From: Polyangiaceae bacterium | GTDB lineage: Bacteria > Myxococcota_A > Polyangia > Polyangiales > Polyangiaceae | Direction: 5' to 3' | Assembly: GCA_035063585.1 (NCBI GenBank) | Contig: JAPSGB010000020.1 | Coordinates: 20,837 to 84,836, forward strand | DNA length: 64,000 nucleotides | Shown: positions 29,555 to 39,130 of the stretch, in pieces | Layout: each line of letters opens with the position of its first letter | How positions within the stretch are numbered: the stretch's first letter is position 1 | Made by a program: the position numbers and the translations under genes | Notes under the pieces: generated by a model | Told to the model about the DNA's origin: nothing | The model's input: the letters and a program-made list of their open reading frames with translations, nothing else | The model's database searches: none

Positions 29555-31249
29555 TCATGCGTCGAGCAGGGCTTGAACGGGTTGATTCGGCTCGGCCTTC
29601 GCGAGCGTCGCCGCGAGGTCGAGCGCGTCGGGCATGAGCCCTTGCACCTGGGAGACGACCTGCTCGACGACCTGGCGCGCCTCCTCGAGACTCGGGCCCG
29701 TCATGGCGATGGCGAATTTCAGCGGCCCGACGCGCCCGGCGGTCCCTGGGATGATGCTCAGGAGGAGCATCTCGGTGAGCTCGACGACGCGCTGCGCGGC
29801 GCGCCGCAAGGCGAGCATCTCGAGGATGGTGGGGCGCTCGCTGACGTGCCGGTTGGGGCCGCGGATCTGATAGCGCGCGAGCGACAGCGGTACGGCGTCC
29901 CACTCCGCGAAGCCGGCGTCATCGACGAGCGCGCGCACCATCTCATCCCGCGTCAGGAGCTCGGTGAGCCCATCGCGGCGGCCGAGGTAGCTCTTCGCGC
30001 GCTCGTGCTGCGGCGAGCCCTCGTGGAAGCTCACCAGCTTGACGCGACACTCGCCAAGCTGAGCCTCGCCGCCGTGGAGCATGGTGACGGTCTTTTTCCG
30101 ATCGAAGCTGTGATCGGCGTAGGTGCCGTTGGTGCTGCCCAGGTCCTCCACCACCCAGGAGCCGGCCTGCCAGCGCACGGTCGCGTGCGCGCCGGACACG
30201 GTCGCCTCGGGGAGCATGATGTCCTGGTTGTTCCGCCGGCCGATCGACATGAGCGGCTTGTCGAGGGAGAAGAGGGTGCCCGGCAAGTCGGTCGCGTTGG
30301 AAGCGAACGTGACGAGCAGCGCTTGCGCACCTGGCACGAAGCTCTCGCTCACCCCGCGCCCCGGCGGCGGTCCCGGAGACAGGCGCTCGCGAGGGATCTG
30401 CACCTGGCTCGTGGTGAGCGCGGTCGGGTTGAAGAACCTGAGGTGCCGCGCGGAGGGGCGAAGCTCGGGATCTTCGCTCAAGCACCGAAAGATCTGCTTT
30501 ACCTCCTCGACCGACAAGCCCGAGGGGACGTCGAACATGATCTGCGAGCGCATGGGCTTGGCGCGAGGCCGATAACCCGGCTCGGGGACGCGGCAGGTCC
30601 ACATCTCCCAGAGCGTGAGCCCAAGGGCGTACATGTCGTCCTCGGGGCTGGCGCCACCCGAGCGGAGCCGCTCGGGCGCCATGTAGTTCGGGGTGCCGCC
30701 GTCGGGCGGCGCGCCGGGGCGACGCGCGCTCAGCCGCGCGCGCTCCTGGGCGAAGCCGAAATCCAGGATGATGGCGCGGTCATTGGTCACCATCACGTTG
30801 CCGGGCTTGAGATCTCCGTGGACGAGCCCTTGGGCGTGGATGGCCGCGAGCCCAGCGGCGGCCTCGCTCGCGATCTTGCGAAACTCGTCGGCGGTGTAGC
30901 CGCCCTGAGCCTTGCGTCGCCGGATGTGCGTGTGGAGCGTCTGCCCCGCGATCTGCTCCATCACCAGGATCGGGCCCCAGGCGCTCGGGGCGAGGTCGTG
31001 CACGCGGCAGACGTTCGGGTGGCTCACCGAGCGCGCGAGCAGGAGCTCCTGCCGGAGCGCTTCGTCGTCCCCCGGCATGCGGGACTCCTCGCGCACGACC
31101 TTGAGCGCGACCGGCTGCTGCGTGCTGCGGTCATAGGCGAGAAACACTTCGCCCATGCCACCCTTGCCGAGACTCTGGCGGATCTCGTAGCGGTCATTGA
31201 CGACCGCGCCGTGTGCGAGCGGAGGATGATTTCTCGGAGATTGTGCCAT
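29555..31249 (-). CDS. Ser/Thr kinase - FHA - degenerate GGDEF-like domain protein
   Basis: GKGGMGEVF, VALKVV, HGDLKPGN, DFG, APE; FHA IGRR...VSGAHA...DLGSTNGT; RDGLTELL and GRVGPLKF in place of DxLTGL and RYGGEEF. Confidence 0.85.
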   Translation of the reverse strand: MAQSPRNHPPLAHGAVVNDRYEIRQSLGKGGMGEVFLAYDRSTQQPVALKVVREESRMPGDDEALRQELLLARSVSHPNVCRVHDLAPSAWGPILVMEQIAGQTLHTHIRRRKAQGGYTADEFRKIASEAAAGLAAIHAQGLVHGDLKPGNVMVTNDRAIILDFGFAQERARLSARRPGAPPDGGTPNYMAPERLRSGGASPEDDMYALGLTLWEMWTCRVPEPGYRPRAKPMRSQIMFDVPSGLSVEEVKQIFRCLSEDPELRPSARHLRFFNPTALTTSQVQIPRERLSPGPPPGRGVSESFVPGAQALLVTFASNATDLPGTLFSLDKPLMSIGRRNNQDIMLPEATVSGAHATVRWQAGSWVVEDLGSTNGTYADHSFDRKKTVTMLHGGEAQLGECRVKLVSFHEGSPQHERAKSYLGRRDGLTELLTRDEMVRALVDDAGFAEWDAVPLSLARYQIRGPNRHVSERPTILEMLALRRAAQRVVELTEMLLLSIIPGTAGRVGPLKFAIAMTGPSLEEARQVVEQVVSQVQGLMPDALDLAATLAKAEPNQPVQALLDA

Positions 31250-31425
31250 GAACGCCCGAGGCGCGCGGGAAGTCTACGGCGATAGCGTCGTCCATCCGCG
31301 AGCAATCTGCAATAATCGCTCACGCGCTCCCCCGAGATCCGCCGCGCCAGCCGCGGCGAGCCTCCGAAGCGGGAGCCACGCGGCGATTCGCGATGGACGG
31401 GCTTCCGCCCGCCGTGCTATCTGAA

Positions 31426-31590
31426 CTCGCGATGGGTCGAGCGACCCATCGTGAGACGGACAAGGGAAGCCGGTGTGACACCGGCGCGGCCCCCGCCACT
31501 GTAACCGGGGACGAACGCGAGCACGACCACTGGGCGCAGAGCCCGGGAAGGGCTCGCGCGAGATCGATCCGGAAGCCAGGAGACCTGCCC
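31426..31590 (+). ncRNA. Cobalamin (B12) riboswitch
   Basis: Conserved elements in order: AAGGGAAGCCGGTG-TGACA-CCGGCGCGGCCCCCGCCACTGTAA, CCACTG...GGGAAG, and B12 box AAGCCAGGAGACCTGCC. A 14-bp 5' hairpin lies at 31426-31455. Confidence 0.93.
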
Positions 31591-31754
31591 CGCCTCACCG
31601 CCCGTCGCCATGCCGGCGCGGGCTCGTCCGGAGCGACTCCGCGGGGTGTCGGAGCGCGAGGAAGCAGCCGCCCTCGCGGCTCCGTCCATCGCGCCTGCCA
31701 CCACACCGAGCGCTCTCCTCGGCCGCGGGTGGCGGCATTTCACGGAGTCGACGA

Positions 31755-33173
31755 ATGAATACATGGAAAACAGGGATCCTCCTCGGCGCGCTCGTGCTCA
31801 GCTTCAACACGGGCTGCAGTGACGACGACGAGCCGGCCGGGACCGGCGGCGCGAGCTCGTCGGGCGGCGCGGCAGGAAGCGCTGGCTCCGGCGGCGCGGC
31901 GGGAAGCGCTGGCTCCGGCGGCGCAGCAGGAAGCGCTGGCTCCGGCGGCGCGGCGGGAAGCGCTGGCTCCGGCGGCGCGGCTGGAAGCGCTGGCTCCGGC
32001 GGCGCAGCAGGAAGCGCGGGCTCGGCGGGAAGCGCCGGGGCTGGGGGTCAGGGCGGCGCGGCCGGCGGCACCGGCGGCGCGAGCTCCGGCCCCGCCAATC
32101 CAACCAGCATCGCGGTCGTGACGGCGGTGAGCGGCGTCGCTGAGCGTCTGCTCGTGGCGGGCACCGACTTCGCGACGACGACCGAGATCGCGACCGTCGA
32201 TCCGGTGGCGAAGACCGTGCTCGGGCGGGCGTCCATCGCCGACGGCGATGCGGTACCGGCGGCGAGCGGCGGGCTCGGCTTCGCGCTCGAGCGCACCGCC
32301 GACCAGGTAGACGTCCTCGGCGCCGACGGCTCGATCACGGCGACCATCGACGTGACGGCGAGCCCGACCGGTTCCGCGACGAACCAACAAAAGGCCTACG
32401 TGACGCTCTATGGGCGGGATCACCTCGCGGTGCTCGATCTCACGGAGCACTCGGTGCAGAAGCGCGTCGACCTCTCCTCGTTCGCGGTGGCGGGCGACGG
32501 CGACGGGAGCGTCGACGCGGACAGCCTGGTCATCGATCGAGCTGGAAATCGCGCCTACATGTCCCTCGGGCGGATCGACCGCTCGACCATCACCGCGCCC
32601 GACTACAAGCTCGCCTGCCCGAACGCGAAGAGCCTCATCATCGCGCTCGACACGACCACCGACGCGCTGGTCGGAGCGCCCATCGAGCTCGAGCTCGTCA
32701 ACCCGACCAGCGTGGCGCTGGACTTGGCGAACGCGCGCCTGATCGTCACCGCCGCGGGCTGCTACGAGGCCGGGGGCGCGGCGCGCTCGCACGCCGGCGT
32801 CGAGCTCGTGGACCTCACGACCGGCGCGACCACCGTGCGGTGGCAGCCGGCGGCCGACGATTTCGTCTCGGGGCTCCTTCACCTCGGCGGAAATCGGGTG
32901 CTCTTGAACCGCTTCGACCCATCGTTCACCGAGCATTGGACACTCTGGGACCTCACCGGCGCCGGGCCCGGTGACGCGCTCATCGGGGTGCCCACGAAGC
33001 CCGCCTTCGACGGCGCGGACGGGCTCTTCGGGGTCGGCTCGGCAGCGAGCGGCGGCGGCGCGGTGCCCACCGTGGTGAGCTACGCGCTGGCGACCAAGGC
33101 GAGCGACACGCTCGTGAGCCAGCCGTGGACGAGCGACTCGCTGTCGGCCGCCGGCACCGCGCTGGTGCGCTGA
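31755..33173 (+). CDS. Riboswitch-controlled lipoprotein, probable beta-propeller (YncE/BtuG-like corrinoid-binding candidate)
   Basis: Lipobox FNTGC; Gly/Ser/Ala tether; repeated blade-like strands (KAYVTLYG...LAVLDL, RAYMSLGRID, IIALDTTTD, NPTSVAL, GVELVDL); located downstream of the B12 riboswitch. Confidence 0.75.
   Translation: MNTWKTGILLGALVLSFNTGCSDDDEPAGTGGASSSGGAAGSAGSGGAAGSAGSGGAAGSAGSGGAAGSAGSGGAAGSAGSGGAAGSAGSAGSAGAGGQGGAAGGTGGASSGPANPTSIAVVTAVSGVAERLLVAGTDFATTTEIATVDPVAKTVLGRASIADGDAVPAASGGLGFALERTADQVDVLGADGSITATIDVTASPTGSATNQQKAYVTLYGRDHLAVLDLTEHSVQKRVDLSSFAVAGDGDGSVDADSLVIDRAGNRAYMSLGRIDRSTITAPDYKLACPNAKSLIIALDTTTDALVGAPIELELVNPTSVALDLANARLIVTAAGCYEAGGAARSHAGVELVDLTTGATTVRWQPAADDFVSGLLHLGGNRVLLNRFDPSFTEHWTLWDLTGAGPGDALIGVPTKPAFDGADGLFGVGSAASGGGAVPTVVSYALATKASDTLVSQPWTSDSLSAAGTALVR
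31863..32024 (+). repeat. In-frame 27-bp tandem repeat, 6 copies, encoding (GGAAGSAGS)6
   Basis: Unit ggcggcgc(g/a)gc(a/g/t)gg(a)agcgctggctcc at 31863, 31890, 31917, 31944, 31971 and 31998. Confidence 0.9.
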
Positions 33174-33180
33174 GCGCCGT

Positions 33181-34866
33181 TCAATCGCTCATCTCGCGCG
33201 TCGGGCAATAGAGCCAGCCGGTCGCGCCCGAGGTAGCGAGCGCGAGCGCGAGGAGCTCCGCGAGCGCGCCGCTCGCCGCGACGCCGCCCATGAGGCGCGG
33301 TAGCGCGGCGAGCGGCGAGCCCCCGCGGCCGCCGGGGATCACCTGGGGCTCGAGCCGCTCGGCGCCCGGCCCGACCCGCCGGCGCAGCTCGGCGAGCGCG
33401 ACGTCGAAGCCGCCGAGCGCATCGACCAGCCCGTGCGCGCGCGCGTCGCGGCCGCTCCACACCCGTCCCCCGGCGAGCGGCAAGACGGCTTCCGGCGTGA
33501 TGCCACGCCCGCGCGCCACCGCGTCGACGAAGGAGCCATACACGGCGTCTAGCTCTCGTTCCATCGCCGCGCGCTCGCCCTCGTCGAGATGACGCGCGGG
33601 TGAGGTCAGATCGGCGCGCGCTCCACGCTTCACCACCTCGGTCGTGACGCCAAGCTGGTCGAGGAGGGGCCCCACCACGAAGCGCGCGGCGATCACGCCG
33701 ATCGAGCCGGTGAGGGTGGTCGGCTGAGCGACGATCACGCCGGCGCCCATCGCGACCAGGTAGCCGCCGCTCGCCGCGGCGTCCCCCATGCAGGCCACCA
33801 CCGGCTTCTTGGCGGCGAGGCGCGTGAGCTGACGCAGCATCCGCTCGGAGGCGAGCGCGCTTCCGCCGCGCGAGTCGATGTGCACCATCACGCCGCGCGC
33901 GCGGGGATCGTCGAGGGCGCGCTTCATTGCACCACACACCGCCCGATCGACGGCCATCGACGACCAGGCGAGCGGCCGCGCCGACGCGATCGGACCGTGG
34001 ACCTCGATGACGGCGAGGTATCGCGGGCGCACGAGCGGCCGGAACCGGAGGCGGCGGCGCGCCCCGTATCGCGCGGCGTCGATCATCGGCGCGCCGTCGG
34101 GGAGCGCCGGCGCGAGCGCGCGCGCGAGCTCGTCCTCGTCGAGCACGGCGTCCGCGAGCCCGCGCGCGACCGCCTCCGCGGCCGGCCACGGTCCCTCGTT
34201 CACCCAGCCCTCGGCGACCGCGCGCTCGACCCGACGACCGCTCGCGAGCGCGTCGATGAGCGCCTCCCAGGCGGTGTCGAGCACCCCGCTCAGCTGCTCG
34301 CGCTCCGCGTCGCTCATCCGGGCCGCGACCAGCCGCTCGCCGGCCGTCTTGTAGCGCCCGCGCGCGAACACCTCGGCCTCGACGCCGGCGCGGTCGAGCG
34401 CGCCCTTCAAGTAGGGCGCCTCGACCGCGAAGCCGAGCGCGGACACGCTCGTCGCAGGTCCGAGGACCAGCCGATCCGCCGCCGACGCCACGAACAGCTC
34501 GCGTGTCCCGCCGCCGCTCGGCAGATACACGACCAGCTCCTTGCCGGCGGCGCGGAGCGCGCCGAGCGCCTCGCGGAGCGAGGTCGCGGTCGCCATCCCA
34601 CCGGAGAAGCGCTCGAGCACGACCACGACTCCGCGGACGCGCGCGTCCGCGCCGGCGAGCGCGAGCACCTCGCGGAGCGCATGGAGCGAGAGCCGCCGGG
34701 GCGACCGGTCCCAAAATGCTCGCGGCCGCGCGATCTCCGCCACCCAGCCGTCCACGTCGACGCGCAGATACGCGCCCCGCGGCGCCGCGAGCGCGCGGCG
34801 CACCAGCCGGAGCGGCAAGAGCAGGAGGTCGAGGAGAACCAGGAAGAGACGAAAGAGGATCCGCAC
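33181..34866 (-). CDS. sppA: Signal peptide peptidase SppA (protease IV, S49)
   Basis: GRYKTAGE, IDSRGGSALAS, AASGGY, TGSIGV, GRVWSGRDA and GLVDALGG. GTG start chosen. Confidence 0.88.
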   Translation of the reverse strand: MRILFRLFLVLLDLLLLPLRLVRRALAAPRGAYLRVDVDGWVAEIARPRAFWDRSPRRLSLHALREVLALAGADARVRGVVVVLERFSGGMATATSLREALGALRAAGKELVVYLPSGGGTRELFVASAADRLVLGPATSVSALGFAVEAPYLKGALDRAGVEAEVFARGRYKTAGERLVAARMSDAEREQLSGVLDTAWEALIDALASGRRVERAVAEGWVNEGPWPAAEAVARGLADAVLDEDELARALAPALPDGAPMIDAARYGARRRLRFRPLVRPRYLAVIEVHGPIASARPLAWSSMAVDRAVCGAMKRALDDPRARGVMVHIDSRGGSALASERMLRQLTRLAAKKPVVACMGDAAASGGYLVAMGAGVIVAQPTTLTGSIGVIAARFVVGPLLDQLGVTTEVVKRGARADLTSPARHLDEGERAAMERELDAVYGSFVDAVARGRGITPEAVLPLAGGRVWSGRDARAHGLVDALGGFDVALAELRRRVGPGAERLEPQVIPGGRGGSPLAALPRLMGGVAASGALAELLALALATSGATGWLYCPTREMSD

Positions 34867-35062
34867 CGCGCCGGGCGACCCTACCACTCGCGCGAGCGCG
34901 AGAGCCAAGGCGCGCGCTCGCGGCCCGGGGCTTGGCGCGGCGCGAGCCCCGCTCCCGGCGACGAGCTCGTCACGCTACGGCCGTTGAAGACGCGCGCGGG
35001 CTCCGGTAAGCTAGGCGCTTGGTCGAGCAGAATCCCTGCTCTCGCTGTCGGAGGGACATCGA

Positions 35063-36196
35063 ATGGCGCTGGTGACGGGCTCACGCTTGGCGATGGGAGC
35101 GCTGCTCTCGGTCTGGGGTCTGCTCGCGCTGCCGGGTTGCGGTTCGGAAGACGCCGCCGGCGGCAGCGGCGGCACGGCCGGGACGGGCGGCGGCGCGACC
35201 GGAGGCGCGGCAGGAGTCGGCACCGGCGGCGGGAGCGCCATCGAGTGCGATGAGCCCGCGTCGCTCGCGCTCTCGGGGCTCTGGGCGGCCAAGGCCCGCC
35301 TGACGGTGAGCCTCACGGCGCAACCGGGCGGCACCGTCACGCTCTGCCCCGCCGAGCAACGCCAAGAGGCGACGCTCTTTCTCTACCTCGAGGTCCACCA
35401 GGACCCCTCCGATCCCAGCAAGCTCGACGCGGTCACGCCGCACGTCTGCTCGGTGGAATTACCCACGGTGGAGGGCGGAGTCGGCAGCTGCTCGAACACC
35501 ACGGTCAAGATGGAGCTCCCGGTGCCCAAGGCGCTCCTCGACGCGATGCCGAAGATCGCGCTCGCTCCGGTGACCGCCTCGCTGAGCGGCGCCGCGCCGG
35601 GCGCGACCCTCAGCACGGAGAAGGTCCTCTTCGTGGCTGGGTCGTCGAAGCCAGCTCCCGAGCTGCCGACCTGGAACGCGAGCTCGGGCTCCTGCGGCTC
35701 GACCACGGTCGGCCGCACCAACCAGTGTGAGGTGGCCTGCGTGAGCGACTGCTCGACCCTACGCGACGACGACGGCGACGGCTTCCCGGGCATCACGCTG
35801 CACGTGTGCGGCCGCACCCAGCAAGACATCACCGACAACGTGCCGTGCAACAACGACGACCCGTCCGAGGCGGGGACCACCATCCAAGGGCGCGCCTGGC
35901 TCGACCTGCAGATCGATCCCTCGCTCGAAGGGACGGTGAAGAGCTCGTGCGAGATGGCCGGCACGGTCGACGCGAGTATCCTCTACAACGTGGTGGGCGC
36001 CGACGTGACCGTGTCGAACGGCGTGATCTCGGTGAGCGAGGCCATCCGCAGCCTGCCGACGTTCCACGTCGAGAAGAGCGAGAGCCCCTATCGCATGCTC
36101 CGCGTCGACGGGCAGTACGGCGCCCCGGACTGGTCGCTCGGGGCGGACCCGTCGGCCGCCTGCGCGGCCGTGCTCCAGCACCAGAACGACTTCTGA
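35063..36196 (+). CDS. Cys-rich hypothetical lipoprotein
   Basis: Lipobox LPGC; Gly-rich linker; about 10 Cys; DDDGDGFPG Ca-binding-like motif; GGAGGG upstream. Confidence 0.7.
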   Translation: MALVTGSRLAMGALLSVWGLLALPGCGSEDAAGGSGGTAGTGGGATGGAAGVGTGGGSAIECDEPASLALSGLWAAKARLTVSLTAQPGGTVTLCPAEQRQEATLFLYLEVHQDPSDPSKLDAVTPHVCSVELPTVEGGVGSCSNTTVKMELPVPKALLDAMPKIALAPVTASLSGAAPGATLSTEKVLFVAGSSKPAPELPTWNASSGSCGSTTVGRTNQCEVACVSDCSTLRDDDGDGFPGITLHVCGRTQQDITDNVPCNNDDPSEAGTTIQGRAWLDLQIDPSLEGTVKSSCEMAGTVDASILYNVVGADVTVSNGVISVSEAIRSLPTFHVEKSESPYRMLRVDGQYGAPDWSLGADPSAACAAVLQHQNDF

Positions 36197-36337
36197 TCGG
36201 GCGGGACCCCGCCGGTTCGCACGGCTCGGCCGAGCTTCGCCCGCGCTTCGACCGGCGGGCCGACCGCCGGGCCAACCATCGAGCCCGCCGTCGAGCTGCG
36301 CGCGCGGCGGCCGAGTTGGTATACTTTGGCCGCCGTG

Positions 36338-38131
36338 ATGAGTCCAAGCGGAGCGCCGAGCACCGGGCTCGGGCCGGGTGAGGTCGGCCCCGGCGTGCGG
36401 CTCGGCCGCTACGAGATCCTGCTCGGCGTCGCGCAGGGAGGCATGGCGCGCGTGTGGGCCGCCAAGCAGCATGGCCAGCGCGGCTTCTCGAAGACGGTCG
36501 CCGTGAAGACCATCCTCCCGGCGCTCGCGATGGACCAGGAGTTCGAGACGATGTTCCTCGACGAGGCGCGCATCGCGGCCGGGGTGCACCACCCGAACGT
36601 CTGCGAGATCTTCGATCTCGGCGAAGAGAACGGGACGCTCTATCTTGCCATGGAGTGGGTGAACGGAGAGAGCCTCGCGCGCGTGCTCAAGCCGCGGCGG
36701 CCGGCCTCGCCCGAGCGCGCGCCCACCGCGGAGCGCCTGAACGCGCGCATCGCGGCCCGCATCGTCTCGGACGCCTGCGCGGGGCTCCACGCGGCCCACG
36801 AGCTCTGCGACGAGAACGGCAACCGTCTCGGCGTGGTGCACCGCGACGTCTCGCCACAGAACATCCTCATCGGCGTGGACGGCAACACTCGCGTCACGGA
36901 TTTCGGCGTCGCCAAGGCGCTCGGCAGCGCCCACGAGGCCACCACCATCGGTCAGATCAAGGGCAAGGCGGCCTACATGTCCCCCGAGCAGGCGGCGGGC
37001 TCGCGGGTCGATCGGCGGAGCGACGTCTTCGCGCTCGGCATCGTCCTCTACGAGGCCACCACCGGGCAGCGTCCCTTCTCGGGCGAGAGTCAGCTCGGCA
37101 CCGTCAAGCAGATCCTCGCCGGCACCTTCGACCCGCCGAGCGTGCTCGTCCCGGGATACCCGCGGGAGCTCGAGGCGATCGTCCTCCGGGCGATGGCGAT
37201 GGATCCCATGCAGCGGTTCCCGACGGCCGACCGCATGCGGGTCGCGCTGGAGGAGTGGATCGCGCGCTCGGGGGCGGTCGTCACCGAGACGCAGGTCGGG
37301 ACGCTCGTGCGCGAGCGGGTGGGCGCGATGGTGGACGAGCGCATGGCGCGCATTCGCCAGTTGATGCAGTCGAGCGCGCCGGCGCTGGTGCCGACGCCGA
37401 GCCTGCCGCCGCCGGTGGAGAGCGCGAGCGCGCCGGGCTCGCATCCGAGCCAGGTGAGCCGCGTGAGCGTGATGACGCACCTCACCCCGGGCGGCACGCC
37501 CGCGCCGCACCAGTTCGGCGCCCCGCTCACCTCCAAGCGCGGCAGCCCCGCGCTGCTCGGCGCGGGGCTCGGGCTCGGGGCGTTCGCGGTCTTCGCGATG
37601 GTCGGCGCCGCCATCTTCCTCTCGCGCGGAGGAACCGCCGCGCCGAGCGCGGAGCTCGCGGTCTCGGCGCCCGCGCCGCCGGCCGCGCCGAAGAGCCCAT
37701 CACCCTCGGCGGCAGCCAAGGAGCCGACCCGTGGTCCGCCGATTCGCCTGCGGCTCGTGATCCCGTCGGAGGGCGTGAGGTTCGAGCTCGACGGCAAACC
37801 GCTGCCCGCGATCGCGCGCGAGATCCCGCGACCTCCACCGGGCGGCGTCGAGCTCTTGAAGGTGAGCGCGGACGGGTACCAGGAAGACGTGCTGCGCGTC
37901 GACGACAGCACGGGCGAGGTGCTCGACGTGCTCCTCGCGAAGGCCAGCGACGCGCCGGCGGCGCGCGCAGCGCCGCTAGAGAGCGCCGCGACCGCGGCGA
38001 GAGCGGAGCCGCCGGCCGCGACCGCGATGAAGCCCGCGGCGGACGAGCCCGCCGCGGCGCCGAAGCCCGCCGCCGCCAAGCCCGCGGCTCCCAAGCCGGG
38101 CAAGCCGGATATTCCCGAGAACCCGTTCTAG
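36338..38131 (+). CDS. Membrane-anchored Ser/Thr protein kinase with a PEGA-like periplasmic region
   Basis: AQGGMARVW, VAVKTI, HRDVSPQN, DFG, GKAAYMSPEQ; TM GLGLGAFAVFAMVGAAIFL; C-terminal IPENPF. Confidence 0.92.
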   Translation: MSPSGAPSTGLGPGEVGPGVRLGRYEILLGVAQGGMARVWAAKQHGQRGFSKTVAVKTILPALAMDQEFETMFLDEARIAAGVHHPNVCEIFDLGEENGTLYLAMEWVNGESLARVLKPRRPASPERAPTAERLNARIAARIVSDACAGLHAAHELCDENGNRLGVVHRDVSPQNILIGVDGNTRVTDFGVAKALGSAHEATTIGQIKGKAAYMSPEQAAGSRVDRRSDVFALGIVLYEATTGQRPFSGESQLGTVKQILAGTFDPPSVLVPGYPRELEAIVLRAMAMDPMQRFPTADRMRVALEEWIARSGAVVTETQVGTLVRERVGAMVDERMARIRQLMQSSAPALVPTPSLPPPVESASAPGSHPSQVSRVSVMTHLTPGGTPAPHQFGAPLTSKRGSPALLGAGLGLGAFAVFAMVGAAIFLSRGGTAAPSAELAVSAPAPPAAPKSPSPSAAAKEPTRGPPIRLRLVIPSEGVRFELDGKPLPAIAREIPRPPPGGVELLKVSADGYQEDVLRVDDSTGEVLDVLLAKASDAPAARAAPLESAATAARAEPPAATAMKPAADEPAAAPKPAAAKPAAPKPGKPDIPENPF

Positions 38132-38167
38132 GGTCGATAGGCTCGGCTGCCTGCTATACCTCGGGAG

Positions 38168-39130
38168 ATGTCGAGTCTCCGCCGCGCCATCGCGCCGATG
38201 TGCCTCGGGCTTGCCGCGCTCGCTTTCACGCCCATCGCGCAGGCCGAGGACGCGAACACCCTCGCAGAAGCTCGCCGGCTCTACACGGACGCCGCGAGAT
38301 CGTTCAAGGACCAGCGCTACAAAGAGGCCGCGCTCGGGTTCGAGGCGGCCAGCGCGCTCCACGCCCACGCGGTCGCGCTCTACACCGCGGCCCAAGCGTG
38401 GGAGATGGCCGGTGAGCCCGCGCGCGCAGCGGACGATTTCTCCTTGGCGCTCTCCACACCAAAGCTGAGTGAGAGCCAAGCCGCGCGCGCGCGCGAGCGG
38501 CTCGACGCGCTCGAGCAGGAGCTCGGCACGGTCGTGGTCCTGGGAGACGATTCGACCAAGGTGCAGCTCGGCGGCCACAGCGAGTTTCACGCGTCGGTGC
38601 GGCTACACGGCGAGCCCGGCGAGCACACGCTGCTCATCATCAAGGCCACCGGCCAGGTCGAACGGCGCGTGGTCTCGCTCACCGCGGGCGCAACCGTCGA
38701 GGTCGACACGCGCGCGCCCGCTCGTGACGGCGCCGCGATACCGCGAGCCACCCCGCTCGCGCCCCCGGCCAAGCACCCCGTCGACCCCGAGTCGAATGAC
38801 GCGCGGCCCTCGAGCGGGAGCGCGACGCTACGGACGGTCGGCTACGCGCTCGCCGGCGCGGGCCTCGGGGCCCTCGGCGGCGCGGTGTTCCTCGGTCTAT
38901 CGGCGAATGACGCCAAGAGCGCCTACGATGGCACGCCGACCCGGGATACCTACGACCACGCGAAATCGCTCGAACGAAACACCAACCTGATGCTCATCGC
39001 GGGAGGCGTGCTGACCGCCGGCGGGGTCGGGCTCGTGCTCTGGCAGTCGACCGGCGGGCGTGGCGCGGCGAAGGCGACGGTCGGGCTCCGCGCGACGCCG
39101 AGCGCCTTCTTGGCGGAAGGGAGCTTCTGA
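38168..39130 (+). CDS. Exported TPR + PEGA-like protein with C-terminal hydrophobic helices
   Basis: Signal peptide; TPR-like ARRLYTDAARSF...LYTAAQAWEMAG; beta domain; two hydrophobic segments; terminal LAEGSF. Confidence 0.7.
   Translation: MSSLRRAIAPMCLGLAALAFTPIAQAEDANTLAEARRLYTDAARSFKDQRYKEAALGFEAASALHAHAVALYTAAQAWEMAGEPARAADDFSLALSTPKLSESQAARARERLDALEQELGTVVVLGDDSTKVQLGGHSEFHASVRLHGEPGEHTLLIIKATGQVERRVVSLTAGATVEVDTRAPARDGAAIPRATPLAPPAKHPVDPESNDARPSSGSATLRTVGYALAGAGLGALGGAVFLGLSANDAKSAYDGTPTRDTYDHAKSLERNTNLMLIAGGVLTAGGVGLVLWQSTGGRGAAKATVGLRATPSAFLAEGSF

Noticed and set aside
31863..32024. Possible CRISPR array
   Set aside because: The units are contiguous with no unique spacers, lie in frame within a CDS, and no cas genes are present.
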